A stretch of 63,868 nucleotides of DNA, the filler included, from Octopus bimaculoides (lineage: Eukaryota): assembly GCF_001194135.2 (NCBI RefSeq). It is 5 parts of 5 records of this genome, joined end to end, with 100 filler letters (N's around TTAATTAATTAA, not from the genome) between each part and the next. Parts side by side here need not be neighbours in the genome. Positions count along the whole stretch, not along the records: positions 1 to 22,107 come from NC_068988.1; 4 more parts are not named here. One strand, written 5' to 3'. Below, in pieces: positions 1 through 13,879 of this stretch. Within the stretch, counting starts at the first letter, position 1, and each line of letters opens with the position of its first letter. Position numbers and translations under genes: made by a program. The notes below the pieces were generated by a model. The model saw only the letters and a program-made list of their open reading frames with translations, was not told where the DNA came from and did not search any database.

Positions 1-49
<49 letters not shown>

Positions 50-125
50 GTGTGTGTATATTACGCACACATACATATACATATATATACACACACATGT
101 TTGTTGCTTTGTCTCTGTGTGTTTA

Positions 126-1150
126 TTCCAGAAGTTTTGAGACTAATTTAGTGAGACATTTATTAATTTCAGAGAAGTCCAAAACTCTAATCACTTTCAA
201 TGTAGTGTGCTCGGACGTTACTACTCTTGGAACAGTCCAATCACTTGAGGCAGGCTTCACGGAAGTCCTGCAAAGTGAAGGTGTTGAGGACCCTGTCACA
301 GCTACCTTCATCTTCTCAATATCTTCAAAATGATTTCCCCAGAAGTTCTTCCTGATCTTGGAAAACAAACAAATATCACATGGTGCAACGTCTGGGACAG
401 TTTTTATTCCCACCTCTATCAAGTATTTGATTACGAAATCGGAATTATGAACCGGCGCATGGGTCTGCTAGAAGTAATCTGCCTTCTTCCAACGAAATCT
501 CTTCCTGAACTCCATTAGAATCTCCCACAAAGAACTCTTTTTTTGACGGCCTAGCTTGAGGGAACCTAGAGAATGTAGATGATGCCCTTGCAATCCCCAA
601 AAGTGGTATCATCATCAGATTTCCAGAAGCGTGGATTCTTCCATTGGGCACTCTGTATCATAACAGTAGATCAAGCTTCGTAACATGTTACCAGAGAATC
701 AAGGACTCTGAACGGAGGTAATGAGCTCAACAATCTCCCCGCTGTCACCAACGCGCCTTTACTTTAATTCGTCAATGAACACCTTGGGAACAAATTTCAC
801 ACAAATTTGGCGCATGTTCAGATCTTCATGTTGCCACACCGACTCCAAACTACATGCAGATTGCCTTTACAGATACACAACGGTCTTTATGTAGAAAAAT
901 TCGAATTTTCTCAATGATCTCTGCTGTTCTGACATTTCCATCCGTCTCACTCCTTTCATCGTCTTTCAGCTTCCCTCTACCGCCCTGAACCTCTTTCTCA
1001 CCAAACAACCGACACTTGACTCATACAAGTTCATCCATTAGCAATCTGGGGTTTTCATAAGTTTCTGTAGAGTTCTTGCATAGTTTAATAGAAAATTTTA
1101 TTGCATAGATAGTTTCAAAAATGCCTTCAAATCCCAACTGCATTTTCAAC
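126..1150 (-). mobile_element. Decayed mariner (Tc1/mariner) transposase remnant
   Basis: Minus-strand translation across frameshifts and stops gives IYAIKFSIKLCKNSTETY (N-terminal HTH region), LKDDERS, LNMRQICVKFVPKV (WVPR-like), LVTCYEA*IYCYD (GDETW-like) and PDVAPCDICLF (YSPDLAPSDY-like). Confidence 0.9.
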
Positions 1151-1161
1151 GCTAGGCACAT

Positions 1162-1232
1162 GGGCATATGGCGTAGTGGTTAAGATTGCGGGCTACTAAT
1201 CCCAAGATTCCGAGTTCGATTCCAGGCAGTGA

Positions 1233-1236
<4 letters not shown>
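1162..1236 (+). mobile_element. tRNA-derived SINE head (Pol III A and B boxes)
   Basis: A box TGGCGTAGTGG at 1169 and B box GTTCGATTCC at 1214. The anticodon-arm-like GGGCTACTAATCCC resembles tRNA-Ser(GCT). It runs directly into (AAT)n and has no clean acceptor stem. Confidence 0.8.
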
Positions 1237-1274
<38 letters not shown>

Positions 1275-1353
1275 TAATAATAATAATAACAACAACAAAA
1301 ACAACAACAACAATAACCACCACCACCACCACCACCACCACCACCACCACCAC
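1237..1353. repeat. (AAT)n/(AAC)n/(CAC)n compound microsatellite
   Basis: Directly visible; ends at an N gap. Confidence 0.97.
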
Positions 1354-1663
1354 NNNNNNNNNNNNNNNNNNNNNNNNNNNNNNNNNNNNNNNNNNNNNNN
1401 NNNNNNNNNNNNNNNNNNNNNNNNNNNNNNNNNNNNNNNNNNNNNNNNNNNNNNNNNNNNNNNNNNNNNNNNNNNNNNNNNNNNNNNNNNNNNNNNNNNN
1501 NNNNNNNNNNNNNNNNNNNNNNNNNNNNNNNNNNNNNNNNNNNNNNNNNNNNNNNNNNNNNNNNNNNNNNNNNNNNNNNNNNNNNNNNNNNNNNNNNNNN
1601 NNNNNNNNNNNGTATATTTTAACATATTTCTATATACATCAGCATATCAATTTATATTTATAA

Positions 1664-1713
<50 letters not shown>

Positions 1714-1741
1714 TTCTATATTTAAGAGATGAGGAATTATG

Positions 1742-1818
1742 TGCATTATTTACATTGAACAAATATTTGTCCTCATCTTGTTTGTTGTTAACACAACGTT
1801 CCTTCTGGAGGGTATAAT

Positions 1819-1849
<31 letters not shown>

Positions 1850-2132
1850 GCAACAACAACAACAGCAACAACAACAACAACAACAGCAACAACAACAACA
1901 ACAANNNNNNNNNNGCAACAACAACAACAACAACAGCAACAACAACAACAACAACAATAATAATAATAATAATAATAACAACATCGAAAAATACCTTAGG
2001 AATGAGAACCTAGGTTCGAAATTGCCTCAAGACACCTAAAGAAGGGTGGAGGGTATATCAGCCGAAACGTTGTGTTAACAACAAGCAAGATGAGGGCAAA
2101 TATCCGTTGAATGTAAATAATGTAAATAATGC

Positions 2133-2135
<3 letters not shown>
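1742..2135. repeat. ~60-bp inverted repeat flanking an (AAC)n/(AAT)n tract
   Basis: 1742-1800 (gcattatttacattgaacaaatatttgtcctcatcttgtttgttgttaacacaacgtt) is the reverse complement of about 2066-2135 with few mismatches. Confidence 0.9.
2031..2076 (+). ncRNA. Degenerate minimal type I hammerhead ribozyme motif
   Basis: gACAC-CTAAAGA-A-GGgTG(loop)CAGCC-GAAAC-GT-T-GTGTt. Stems I and II are present, helix III is the palindrome AACGTT, and the core has one mismatch (CTAAAGA vs CUGANGA). Confidence 0.6.
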
Positions 2136-2165
<30 letters not shown>

Positions 2166-2178
2166 TGTATGTGTGTAT

Positions 2179-2229
<51 letters not shown>

Positions 2230-2453
2230 CACAAACATTTTCTATGAATAATTCGCATAGGGCATGAATCTTATTTATGAATGTTTATCGAGTGATTTGT
2301 TATTTCATTCATGTCTGAACTGCATTAGAAATAAACAGGGTCCATCAATTACTAAAAAATATAATTCAGACACACGCGCATGAGCACGCACGCATGCATG
2401 AAATCACACACAAGCACATGCACGCATGTAAAATACACTTGCATTTCCAACTA

Positions 2454-2490
<37 letters not shown>

Positions 2491-2898
2491 TTACAAAGAA
2501 TGAGAGTGAAAGAGAGAGAGAGATAGAGAGAAACAAAGAGAATTAGAGATGTAGATATAGGTAAGTATTTCAGGCGAGTAATAATTTTTAGGATTTTTAT
2601 CAATTTCTGTTTTGTGCTATGTTAAAAGTTGTAAATATTTTTAGTATATCAGTTTTTCTTTCTATTTTGCTGATAGTTGCGTGATGTGAATAAATGGAAG
2701 ACTGAAAGCGAAAATATACAAATGAATAAAGGTAAATGGCATTAAATAATGGTAAACAGCAATAAATACTGAACCATCGTATGAATATGTCAAGATAAAT
2801 ATTATATTATCACAATGAATTTCCCATATAAAGTCATTGAATATTCAATAAGTACATTATTCAAAATAGCTTGACACCTAGGTTTATTCCCATTACAC

Positions 2899-2945
<47 letters not shown>

Positions 2946-2959
2946 ACATATGTAAGAAA

Positions 2960-3002
<43 letters not shown>

Positions 3003-5522
3003 GTATGTATGTGTGCGTGTGCTTCAAATAAACTCACATATATACTTACGTACATAAACATTTCTATTTTTACGACCGATCTTGCAATCTATTCGTGGAT
3101 TCTTCGAGTTGTTTCCAGGTAACATGATGTCAGTACTCTTGAGTTGTACGTCTGGTAGTGTAGCTGTCTTCTGAGGTTGCTGACGACAGACCAACCCATG
3201 ATTTATAAAACCACGGTACATATCTGGACGCAGCATTGCATACGTGAAAGGTGGCTCCACTACTAGTGGACTTACAAGACAATGGACACTAACCTGGAAA
3301 TTCAACGTCGCTTATAATTAACTGATAGTCGTTGAATCTATGTTGAATTCATTCGTCCTTTTGATGAAATGTATACATTCGATGCTGCTCCGTTGCTAGC
3401 ATCACTCTTGACCATACAGGCCTGGTTGTGTTAAGTCCTCGACGGAGGTACAGAGCCGCACGCACATACTAATATATACATTATTATCTGAATCTGATTT
3501 ACATATGTACTTTGAATAAGCATATATGAGTGTGTATTAAATAAATCCCATGTATAATAAACATACATTTTGTTTATTTTACAAATAGGTAACGTAATTA
3601 ACAGATATCATTTGACAGCTTCATCTCGGTTATTGGTCACGCTGTGTTTGATTGCTAGTGTCTTTGTATTCTCATATTTTCTGGTATTGAATATCTTTTC
3701 TTGTGCAGAGATAGCAATCCGTAACATAGGTCTTGTTGGAAATATAGAAGTTAAGGTCTATGATGAACTGATTTTTTTTTTGTTTTTTCAGGAAGAAATG
3801 TTATCAAAAGAAATAAGCCTTTAACCAAAATAAAACCAGTGATGCAACGCACTCTCTCTGCATAATGGGATCAATTGGTATATGACATACGACAAATCAT
3901 AATCTACACTGAATACACAGCCTATAATTAGTTTATTACTTTCAAACCCGATGCTGCTGCATGTATGAGCGAACCTGTTTATAAAGTGTTTAATATATAC
4001 AGTATATAGTTTTGACCCACTAATAATATCATACAGTGAAGATCTTATTTAGGCAGGTTTTAAAATACGTCCAGTGCCTCCAAGTAACCTCGAGCTCTGG
4101 GAACATAGCCTATACACATTAGAAACACGTTAGATGTTGCAAAAACAGACTAAGAAAGGATAAAAGAAGAAGCATGTCATAACACCTGCCTAGATATCTT
4201 CAATGTATGAAACTATTAATTGCTCATAACTATAACCTGGAAATAATATTCATATATTATCAGACGGAGTATCTGAATGGAAAAGTAAGGTATACACACA
4301 CACACACACACAAACAAACAAGCACATTATAATATATATGTATGTGCATATATATATATATANNNNNNNNNNNNNNNNNNNNNNNNNNNNNNNNNNNNNN
4401 NNNNNNNNNNNNNNNNNNNNNNNNNNNNNNNNNNNNNNNNNNNNNNNNNNNNNNNNNNNNNNNNNNNNNNNNNNNNNNNNNNNNNNNNNNNNNNNNNNNN
4501 NNNNNNNNNNNNNNNNNNNNNNNNNNNNNNNNNNNNNNNNNNNNNNNNATATATATATATATATATATATAAATATATATACACTCAGAGGCATACATAT
4601 GCATATATGTGTTTGTGTATCTATATTATGATCTCGCCTTGACATAATAAGACTGAAAACCACTTGTTGGAATTTAATACACTTATGCTTTAAAATAAAG
4701 CTTCATGTAATGTCAAAGGAATGAGAAAACAAGTCGAGTCACTTCATCCATCCCTTAAATTCTTTACAGCTGTATCTGGAATAAAAGACAATGGACCCAG
4801 AACCAAGGGCTCACGCTATATCATAAAGCAGAAACAGCTGCAAGCTAATGCTATTACATAACTCCTTGCCCTATGTCATTCATAAAAATATGTGCACCCA
4901 TTCGTATATGTTGATATATATATACTCACATACGTATATACACACATACTCACAGCCATAGACACACACAGACACTCCGGCGCACACACACACATCACAC
5001 ACACATCATACACACTCACTCACACACACACACACAACTATTTACTAATTTCACTTAGGAGGAATCGATCAGTCTGCCCTTAATCACGAATATAATTCAT
5101 CAACATGATACGCAATATAATCTAATTTGGATCATGTGGTTGCGTAGATATTTGCTTAACCTTAAGTGTGTAACATACACTATGCCTTCCATAAAAAAAG
5201 ACAGGTGGAATTGACACTTGTGAATATCTCCTAAGACCCATTTTGCGAGGAAGCGTAGGTGATTACTTGGCCAGTAATTACTTAATAAACTCTGAAAAAT
5301 ATGAATTATGAATTATGCAGTAGCGGCGAGAAAATTGGAATTGAAAATGCAGGAGGGACATAATTAAATACCAGAAGACATACACACCTAATTCTGCCCG
5401 GATTTCTACGAGTTACACTAATTCATCATTTACACTTATAATGGTATGAATCACTATTGTTTTGATCCTCCAAAATTTATAGTAGCTGTCCATGGTTTCA
5501 GATCTCCAAATAATTGTTGTTG

Positions 5523-5905
5523 TTGGCACTCCATCGCTTACTACGTCGAGGGTTCCAGTTGATCCGACCAACGGAACAGCCTGTTCATGAAATTAACGTG
5601 CAAGTGGCTGAGCACTCCATAGACACGTGCACCCTTAACGTAGTTCTCGGGGATATTCAGCGTGACATAATGTGACAAGCCTGATCCTTTGAATCACAGG
5701 CACAACACAAACAGGAAGTAAGAGTGAGAGAAAGTTGTGGTGGAAGAGTACAGCAGGGTTCGCCACTATCCCCTGCCGGAGCCTCATGGAGCTTTAGGTG
5801 TTTTTCGCTCAATAAACACTCAAAACGCCCGGTCTGGGAATCGAAACCGTGATCCTATGACCACGAGTCCGCTGCCCTAACCACTGGGCCATTGCACCTC
5901 CACCG
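5523..5905 (-). mobile_element. tRNA-derived SINE, near full length
   Basis: The minus strand starts gtggaggtgcaatggcccagtggttagggcagcggactc...ggtttcgattcccagacc (A and B boxes), followed by a GC-rich body. Confidence 0.85.
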
Positions 5906-6747
5906 CCAAATAATTACACAGTTACAAAGCTTCAAGAGCAAGTGTACTTTCAGAAATCACCTTTAAAAATATATTACTCTGGTTTAAAGAGACTATGTAT
6001 GAAATCTGCACACCTAAAATATAATTGCTCTCGTGAAGATAAACAAATAAAACTCATTACCGATAGTTCTGCTGATGCGTCAAGTATTTTCTTTTGGGAG
6101 TAAACTTTTAGAATCAGTTTCGTTTGAGAATGTTTTTCATATTTGCAACGAAATTCTTTTTTTCTCTATAAATATTTGATGAACGCTTTGGTCGAAATTG
6201 TTATGGAGAGGAAAATAGAATTGCTTAAAGACAAGCGTTACAAGTAATATCCGTATGAATGGTAAAATGGCGACAGATATCTTTCAAATCATCAATTTCT
6301 TATACATTCATGAAAAGAAGATAATACATAGTATAGTTCTGGATGCACTTTAGTCAGATGTATAAAAGTACACCTGGGTGTTATAGTTTGAATGTTATTC
6401 GTCAAAGATTTGCTAGATCAGGACAGAATAGAAAAAAGACAAAAAAAAGAGACATCACAAAAATTGTGTCATATACGAATGTCGACATAGGGTGAATATT
6501 AAAAGCAATAAATGTTGGGCGCTTAGTGCCGAAATATGGTAATTGTTTAACGGCAATAGTTCAACACCAGTCTTGTAGATGTTAAGGCGATTGTTTTCGA
6601 TGTAACTGAACATCAGAAGTGTTTACACATTGCTTAATCAAGGTGATATCAATAATATATGTATCTCGAAGAGAGGACGGATCTATCATTTTAAACAATA
6701 CGTTCATTAGAAAAGTATGAAGACATTCTTATGAATGCTTAACAGTA

Positions 6748-7135
6748 GGGACAGGAGTGGGTGTGTGTTAAGAAGCTTGCTTCCCAACCAAATGGTTATG
6801 GATTCAGTCCCATGCGTGGAACTTTAGAAAGTGTCTAATATTGTAGCCTTGGGCCGACCAAATGCGTCTAAATAGACTTCGCAGATGGAAACTGAAAGAA
6901 GCCCGTCGTATATACATATATATGTGTGTGTGTGTTTGTATGCATGTTTGTGTGTGAGAGCGTGTGTTTTTCTTTGTGTATGTGTTGAAAACCCGTGTTG
7001 ATATGTTTAAAACCTCGTAACATAGCGGCTTGGCAGAAGTAACCGATTGAATGAGTACCGGGCTTTATAAGAAAAAATTAAGTACTAGGTTCGATAAGCT
7101 CGACTAAAATTCTTGAAGCGGTCCTCTTGCATGGC
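6748..7135 (+). mobile_element. tRNA-derived SINE family A copy (diverged)
   Basis: Colinear with the copies at 23829-24230, 43581-43920, 50631-51052 and 56851-57253; internal (TA/TG)n tract. Confidence 0.85.
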
Positions 7136-7974
7136 TTATTTTTACTTTTAATTAATTTGAACTAAATATAACCAATGTTGCTGCTTAGTCGTGGGCTTTG
7201 AACATGATGAACCTTATGTCATTTAATTCAGCGGGTTTTAAAATAGTAAATACTAGCCTCCTCTATATTAAGGACATTTTCTCGCTACTGACAGTCTTTA
7301 GGACAAAATACAACTTGCATTCATGCAATTCGCTCAATGCTGATGCGTTGGACAATTTTAAAAAAGGTTAAATGTATGTGTTGTACTGAAAGAGGGTAAT
7401 TTTACCAATACAGCAGCATGGTGTTCATATTTCACTTTCAATTATAGGTCAGTTAAGAATAGTGGTTTGGCAGCATAATTAATGAGTCAGACAAAATGAT
7501 TACCAGGTGTTTATCTCGAATCTCGCTATGGTCAACTTCGCCATTTATCTTTTTGGGGTGATAAAAGAAAAGACATTTATTCAAATTTAATTGACTAACT
7601 CTGACCAGTTAAGCAATGTCAAGATCAATTTCCTGACGTATCATTTCATGAATGACTCGATTATTTTACCAATTATTTGAAGAAACTGTCAGTCGTTTTA
7701 TATCAGTCGTTTCGATGTCATCTCAAAACACTGGTACATACTCATCAGCCCTGATCTGCAAAATTCTACGTTCGTTGTGTTATCTGAGTAATTAAAATCA
7801 TCTGTATTTTATCAATTTTATTAAACGTTGCAATTTTTAAATATCCCTCTTTCAACCGCCAAAGGCATAAACTCTTATCCGAAACACTGTTTTAGTTTCT
7901 TTGCAGTTGCTATACTAAATAACAGATAAATAAAGCGACATTTGATTTGATAATACATATTGGACGGACACACA

Positions 7975-8021
<47 letters not shown>

Positions 8022-10109
8022 GCACCCATGTGCGCCTGTGTGTATATAGGCATCAGTTAATGAATGACTAAGAAACAGCTTAAGGCTCTTTCTACTAAAA
8101 GAGTTATTGTAGTCAGATCTGACCTTATGATCAACGTCATATTTTGGAAAGCAGTTAAATATGCATACACACATAAATACACACACACGCATACATTGAT
8201 ACATACAATATAATCTTACACAAACACACACACACATATGTATATGTTTACTCATGTAAATATATATATATGCGTGTATTTGAATGTATATAGCTGGCTA
8301 CATAGATATTGTGACTCGGATAGAAATACCTAATATAACAGTTCTAAACTATCAACCAGCACCGTTAATTAGAGAAACGTAAATGTAAAAACTCAAATAT
8401 ATTTGTTTACTGTTCACTTATTAGCTAATTAATTAACTTATTTATTTATTCATTCATCCATTCTTTTCTTTGTTCTATTTGATCTACGCTTTGTACAACA
8501 TTAATTTCTCTGTTAATTACTTTGTCGCTAAACTAGGAAATGGTTTTCTTTCTAGTCTTACATTTTCCTATCGTGGATTAGGTGGTGAGGTTAGTTGTTT
8601 CTCAACGTATTTAAGACACAGGGCGTATCAGAAATGGTGCGATACAAACGAACAAGATGCCTTCAACCAAGGAACTATTCCTTTTATCTATTGGAACTCT
8701 GCAGTTCTTGATATTGTATAGCTTAAACATTTAAATCAAAGCGTGTTTTCTTACCGGGAGGGAATATAACATAAACAAAATCGATCAGCTGAGATGAAGA
8801 AGAAGAAAACGTTTGGTATTATAACAAATCAAAAACTCTACGCATGTATTTCTCCCTATAGGAAATTTCCGCAACGGAAGATCAATAACACCGGTTAGGA
8901 ACTGGAATCACTTAAATCCTATTACCTGGTTTATCGCTTGGAAATAATAAAACAAGTGAATTAGAAAGTAAAGCCGAGGTCATTTTATCAGCGTGCTGCT
9001 ATGTTGATGGTGTTGAAGGGTAATGACGATAACCCAGCTTTCAGATGACCAAAGTGAGGCGACATATTACTAGTATTGGAGCGGAAATAAATAGCTGTGA
9101 CCTTCACATTTCTTCTCTCCATTTCTGATCAATGCGATTATACGTTGTCTCCTTTGATTATCGACGAATTCATGCACACACATGCAAATATACACATAGA
9201 AAACCAGTAACAACCACAACGATGCATAACACTGTGCATTTATTTACTTATTGCCTCATTTCTGTTCTAATCTCATATACACATGCACACAAAACATAAA
9301 GGCGCGTAAAGAAACAAATGGGTGTGTTTATATATATATATATATATATATAAATATATATATAATTTTGNNNNNNNNNNNNNNNNNNNNNNNNNNNNNN
9401 NNNNNNNNNNNNNNNNNNNNNNNNNNNNNNNNNNNNNNNNNNNNNNNNNNNNNNNNNNNNNNNNNNNNNNNNNNNNNNNNNNNNNNNNNNNNNNNNNNNN
9501 NNNNNNNNNNNNNNNNNNNNNNNNNNNNNNNNNNNNNNNNNNNNNNNNNNNNNNNNNNNNNNNNNNNNNNNNNNNNNNNNNNNNNNNNNNNNNNNNNNNN
9601 NNNNNNNNNNNNNNNNNNNNTATATATTAAGGCAAAGTGGTGTAAGAAATATAGAGATAGGCTGAACGCACATTAAACCGTGTTTGATGTTGAACTCAAT
9701 AAAAATATTCTGAAGTTAAATATTCATATTCAATGACTAAAAAATAAAAAAATACTGGTTTGCATTTTTCAAGGAAATCTAACGGACGTGAATATACACT
9801 GGTCATAGAAAAATAAATAAAGGGTATAAATGGTTACATATACATATAGATACATGCACACACACCACTGTGTGTATGCGTTTGTGTTTGTTTGATTGTG
9901 TGTGTGTTTGTGTGTGTATATTTGTAATTGAGGTGATTGGCGGTGCCATTTTGATGTCAATGGTTTATAGAAACTAAGCACAGACGTGCTCTGTGATAAG
10001 AATATGTGCATGTGTGCGTGTGTTTGTGTTCGTGTGTGTGTGTGTGTGTATATATCTATGTGTGTGTGTGTGTGTATTAGTGTGTTTGTGTGTATCTGTG
10101 TGCGGTCAT

Positions 10110-10310
10110 CATTGTGTGTCTACTTGCCCGCCACCTCCACCTGACAATCTGTGCTGGCGTATTTACGTATTCGTAACATAGCGGTTCATCGAAAAAAGCA
10201 ATAAAATAAGTACCAGGGGTCGATAAGTTCGACCAAATATTCTTCGAGGCGGTGCCCCAGCATGGTCGCAGTTTAAAGACTGATACTATTAAAAGTTAAA
10301 AAGATAAAAG
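10110..10310 (+). mobile_element. SINE family A, 3' half
   Basis: gtaacatagcggttc...aagtaccaggggtcgat...ggcggtgccccagcatggtcgcag matches the 3' half of the other copies. Confidence 0.75.
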
Positions 10311-11268
10311 ATGTATTTTATAATATCTTAAGTGAAAAAGGAACCACCTCTGCCAGTTGCTCATAGAAACGCTGTATTTACACACACACATACACACACA
10401 TACACACACAGACACACACACACACACACACACATACACACACAGACACACACACACACACACACATACACAAACACACACACACACATACACACACATA
10501 CACACACACAAACACACACACACACACACATACACAAACACACACACGCATACAAATAGACCCGCACATATCTAAATAATGACACACACACATACAAGCA
10601 ATACACGGGTGTAGTTATACACATATAGCTGCATAAAAGGAAGTATATGCCCTGGTACATGTGGAATTCTATCTCTGTCACGATAAATGCCTACCTTTAA
10701 CGATATTGATATATACTTTATGATTAGGTGTGTAAAACAGATTGCCTTACTTGCAAAAGTGTTCGCACAAAAGTAGTGAACATGTCTATATATATATATA
10801 TATATATATNNNNNNNNNNNNNNNNNNNNNNNNNNNNNNNNNNNNNNNNNNNNNNNNNNNNNNNNNNNNNNNNNNNNNNNNNNNNNNNNNNNNNNNNNNN
10901 NNNNNNNNNNNNNNNNNNNNNNNNNNNNNNNNNNNNNNNNNNNNNNNNNNNNNNNNNNNNNNNNNNNNNNNNNNNNNNNNNNNNNNNNNNNNNNNNNNNN
11001 NNNNNNNNNNNNNNNNNNNNNNNNNNNNNNNNNNNNNNNNNNNNNNNNNNNNNNNNNNNNNNNNNNNNNNNNNNNNNNNNNNNNNNNNNNNNNNNNNNNN
11101 NNNNNNNNNNNNNNNNNNNNNNNNNNNNNNNNNNNNNNNNNNNNNNNNNNNNNNNNNNNNNNNNNNNNNNNNNNNNNNNNNNNNNNNNNNNNNNNNNNNN
11201 NNNNNNNNNNNNNNNNNNNNNNNNNNNNNNNNNNNNNNNNNNNNNNNNNNNNNNNNNNNNNNNNNNNN

Positions 11269-11316
<48 letters not shown>

Positions 11317-12884
11317 GAAGATATGTATATATATATACTTTTTTCTAGATTCTGTTTACATTAATCTTGTTTAGATCATAGAGTGTAAAAGTAATATAAT
11401 TGAAGGGCCAAGGATGAACGACTCTCAAACAAGAAACGTAACCCGTATTTGACCCTGAAAATCACCAGCGACCTCTGAATCACCTTACTGAATTATTATA
11501 CGAGGGAGGCGCGACTGATCTTCGTTTCTGTCTTGAGAACAATAATGGAAACTGAATAGTTTTCGTTTGTATACTTTTAGTTTTGTGTATTCTCATTCAT
11601 CCTTCACGGCATTAATTATATTTTCCTTATATTTCTATACGTATATGTAATATGTATGTATGTGAGTGTGTGTGAGTTTCTTTGTGTATTTGTATATGTA
11701 TGTGTCTATGTATGTATGGGTTTAGGTATATATGCATGCGCACACATATATATTTGCGTATAGGTATATATATATATATATATATATATATNNNNNNNNN
11801 NNNNNNNNNNNNNNNNNNNNNNNNNNNNNNNNNNNNNNNNNNNNNNNNNNNNNNNNNNNNNNNNNNNNNNNNNNNNNNNNNNNNNNNNNNNNNNNNNNNN
11901 NNNNNNNNNNNNNNNNNNNNNNNNNNNNNNNNNNNNNNNNNNNNNNNNNNNNNNNNNNNNNNNNNNNNNNNNNNNNNNNNNNNNNNNNNNNNNNNNNNNN
12001 NNNNNNNNNNNNNNNNNNNNNNNNNNNNNNNNNNNNNNNNNNNNNNNNNNNNNNNNNNNNNNNNNNNNNNNNNNNNNNNNNNNNNNNNNNNNNNNNNNNN
12101 NNNNNNNNNNNNNNNNNNNNNNNNNNNNNNNNNNNNNNNNNNNNNNNNNNNNNNNNNNNNNNNNNNNNNNNNNNNNNNNNNNNNNNNNNNNNNNNNNNNN
12201 NNNNNNNNNNNNNNNNNNNNNNNNNNNNNNNNNNNNNNNNNNNNNNNNNNNNNNNNNNNNNNNNNNNNNNNNNNNNNNNNNNNNNNNNNNNNNNNNNNNN
12301 NNNNNNNNNNNNNNNNNNNNNNNNNNNNNNNNNNNNNNNNNNNNNNNNNNNNNNNNNNNNNNNNNNNNNNNNNNNNNNNNNNNNNNNNNNNNNNNNNNNN
12401 NNNNNNNNNNNNNNNNNNNNNNTATATATATATATATATATGAATATATACATACACATATATACGTACATGCATATGTATACGTCGTCAAATGTATATA
12501 TGCGCGTTTGTGCTGGCTAATGTTTCTCTGGCTGTGTATATATGAGTGAGGTATGGAGACTGATTCACAGACAACGGCGAAGAAATGTGAGATAAAATAT
12601 TATGTATATTTGAGAAACACAAACAGAACAGATTCACACACACACACCAAAAAAAAAACAAAGAAAATTCAACGAGAAATGTGTGTGGTGATAGCAATGG
12701 AAAAGTTTTATTTAGGAAATAGATTAATCGTGATGTGGTAAGAATAAGCGAGGAACACCTACTTAGACTTATTCGTTCATGATTTGCACACTGATCAATG
12801 CATAACCATAGGCTTATAATCACTTATATACTCTTACTCTCGTGCCTAGAAATATATGCATATTCATGTGGTATGCTGTGTACT

Positions 12885-13130
12885 ACCGTCGTCTACATCA
12901 TCATGCTCATCATCATTTTTACCACTACCATCATCGTCATCATAGTCGTCATCATCGTCGTCGTCGTCGTCGTTGTTGATGTCATCGTCGTTGTCGCGGT
13001 TGTCGTGGCCGAGTTCGTCGTCATCGTGACCGAGTTTGTCGTCGTCGTCGTCGTTGCCACCGCCTCCTCCTCCTCCTCCTCCTACGCCACCGCCGCCGCC
13101 GCCGCCTCCTCGTCCTCCTCCTCGTCACTC
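12885..13130. repeat. Compound trinucleotide microsatellite (CAT/GTC/CTC/GCC)
   Basis: Directly visible; explains the poly-V/S/A ORF. Confidence 0.95.
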
Positions 13131-13335
13131 CTTTGCACTCAGCTGATAAACTTTCCAGCCCACCCTTGTATTGAAGAAGATTTTCGCGACAAACGTGTGC
13201 AATTTGAATGACCTAAGATAAAAGAATAAAAATGCTATGCCTATTTTGCATTAGTTTCTGCTGAACCCACGCATATTGGAGTTAGATTTATATTTGGTTG
13301 TTGGGAATCGGTTTCTAATATTTTTAGAGCCCTTA

Positions 13336-13550
13336 TGGCAGCGTGCTCGCAAGACCCGAGGCAAAATGCTTAGCGGCATTTCGTCTGACTGTACCTTCTG
13401 ACTTCAATATCCACCGAGGTGGACTTAGCCTTTTATCTTTTCGGGCTCGGTGTAATAAGTTACCAGTTGAACACTGAAATCGATGAAATAGACCTATAGC
13501 TTCCTGTAAATTTGCCGGTCTAGTGCCAAAATTCGAATCCAATATCTTCA
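13336..13550 (+). mobile_element. tRNA-derived SINE family B copy
   Basis: ggcagcgtgctcgcaag...aaaatgcttagcggcatttcgtc...gccttttatcttttcggg...gtgccaaaattcgaatccaata; related segments at 14545-14835, 21085-21235 and 50090-50222. Confidence 0.75.
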
Positions 13551-13782
13551 GTCCCCCTTGGAGTAATTGCCAAATAATGCCAAGTAGCTTGTTTGAACAA
13601 ATGAAGTGTCTGTGCAATTCTTTTTTACAGTTCATATTTGTAATTTTTCCCTATCGAATTATTTGCTGTTTATATGTATTTTCGATGTAAAAACGAGAGA
13701 GTGAATGAGTGAGAGAGAGACACACAGAGAGGGAGAGAGAAAGTGACAGAGAGAGACAGAGGGAAATAGTGTTTGAGTGTGA

Positions 13783-13828
<46 letters not shown>

Positions 13829-13838
13829 NNNNNNNNNN

Positions 13839-13879
<41 letters not shown>

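Noticed and set aside
1162-1236. Functional tRNA gene (also 5830-5905, 43500-43560)
   Set aside because: No proper acceptor stem or terminator, and each continues into a SINE body or microsatellite.
7703-7752. Minus-strand CTGATGA...GAAAC hammerhead candidate
   Set aside because: Position 16.1 is A rather than U, and stems I and II are poorly paired; at best a dead relic.
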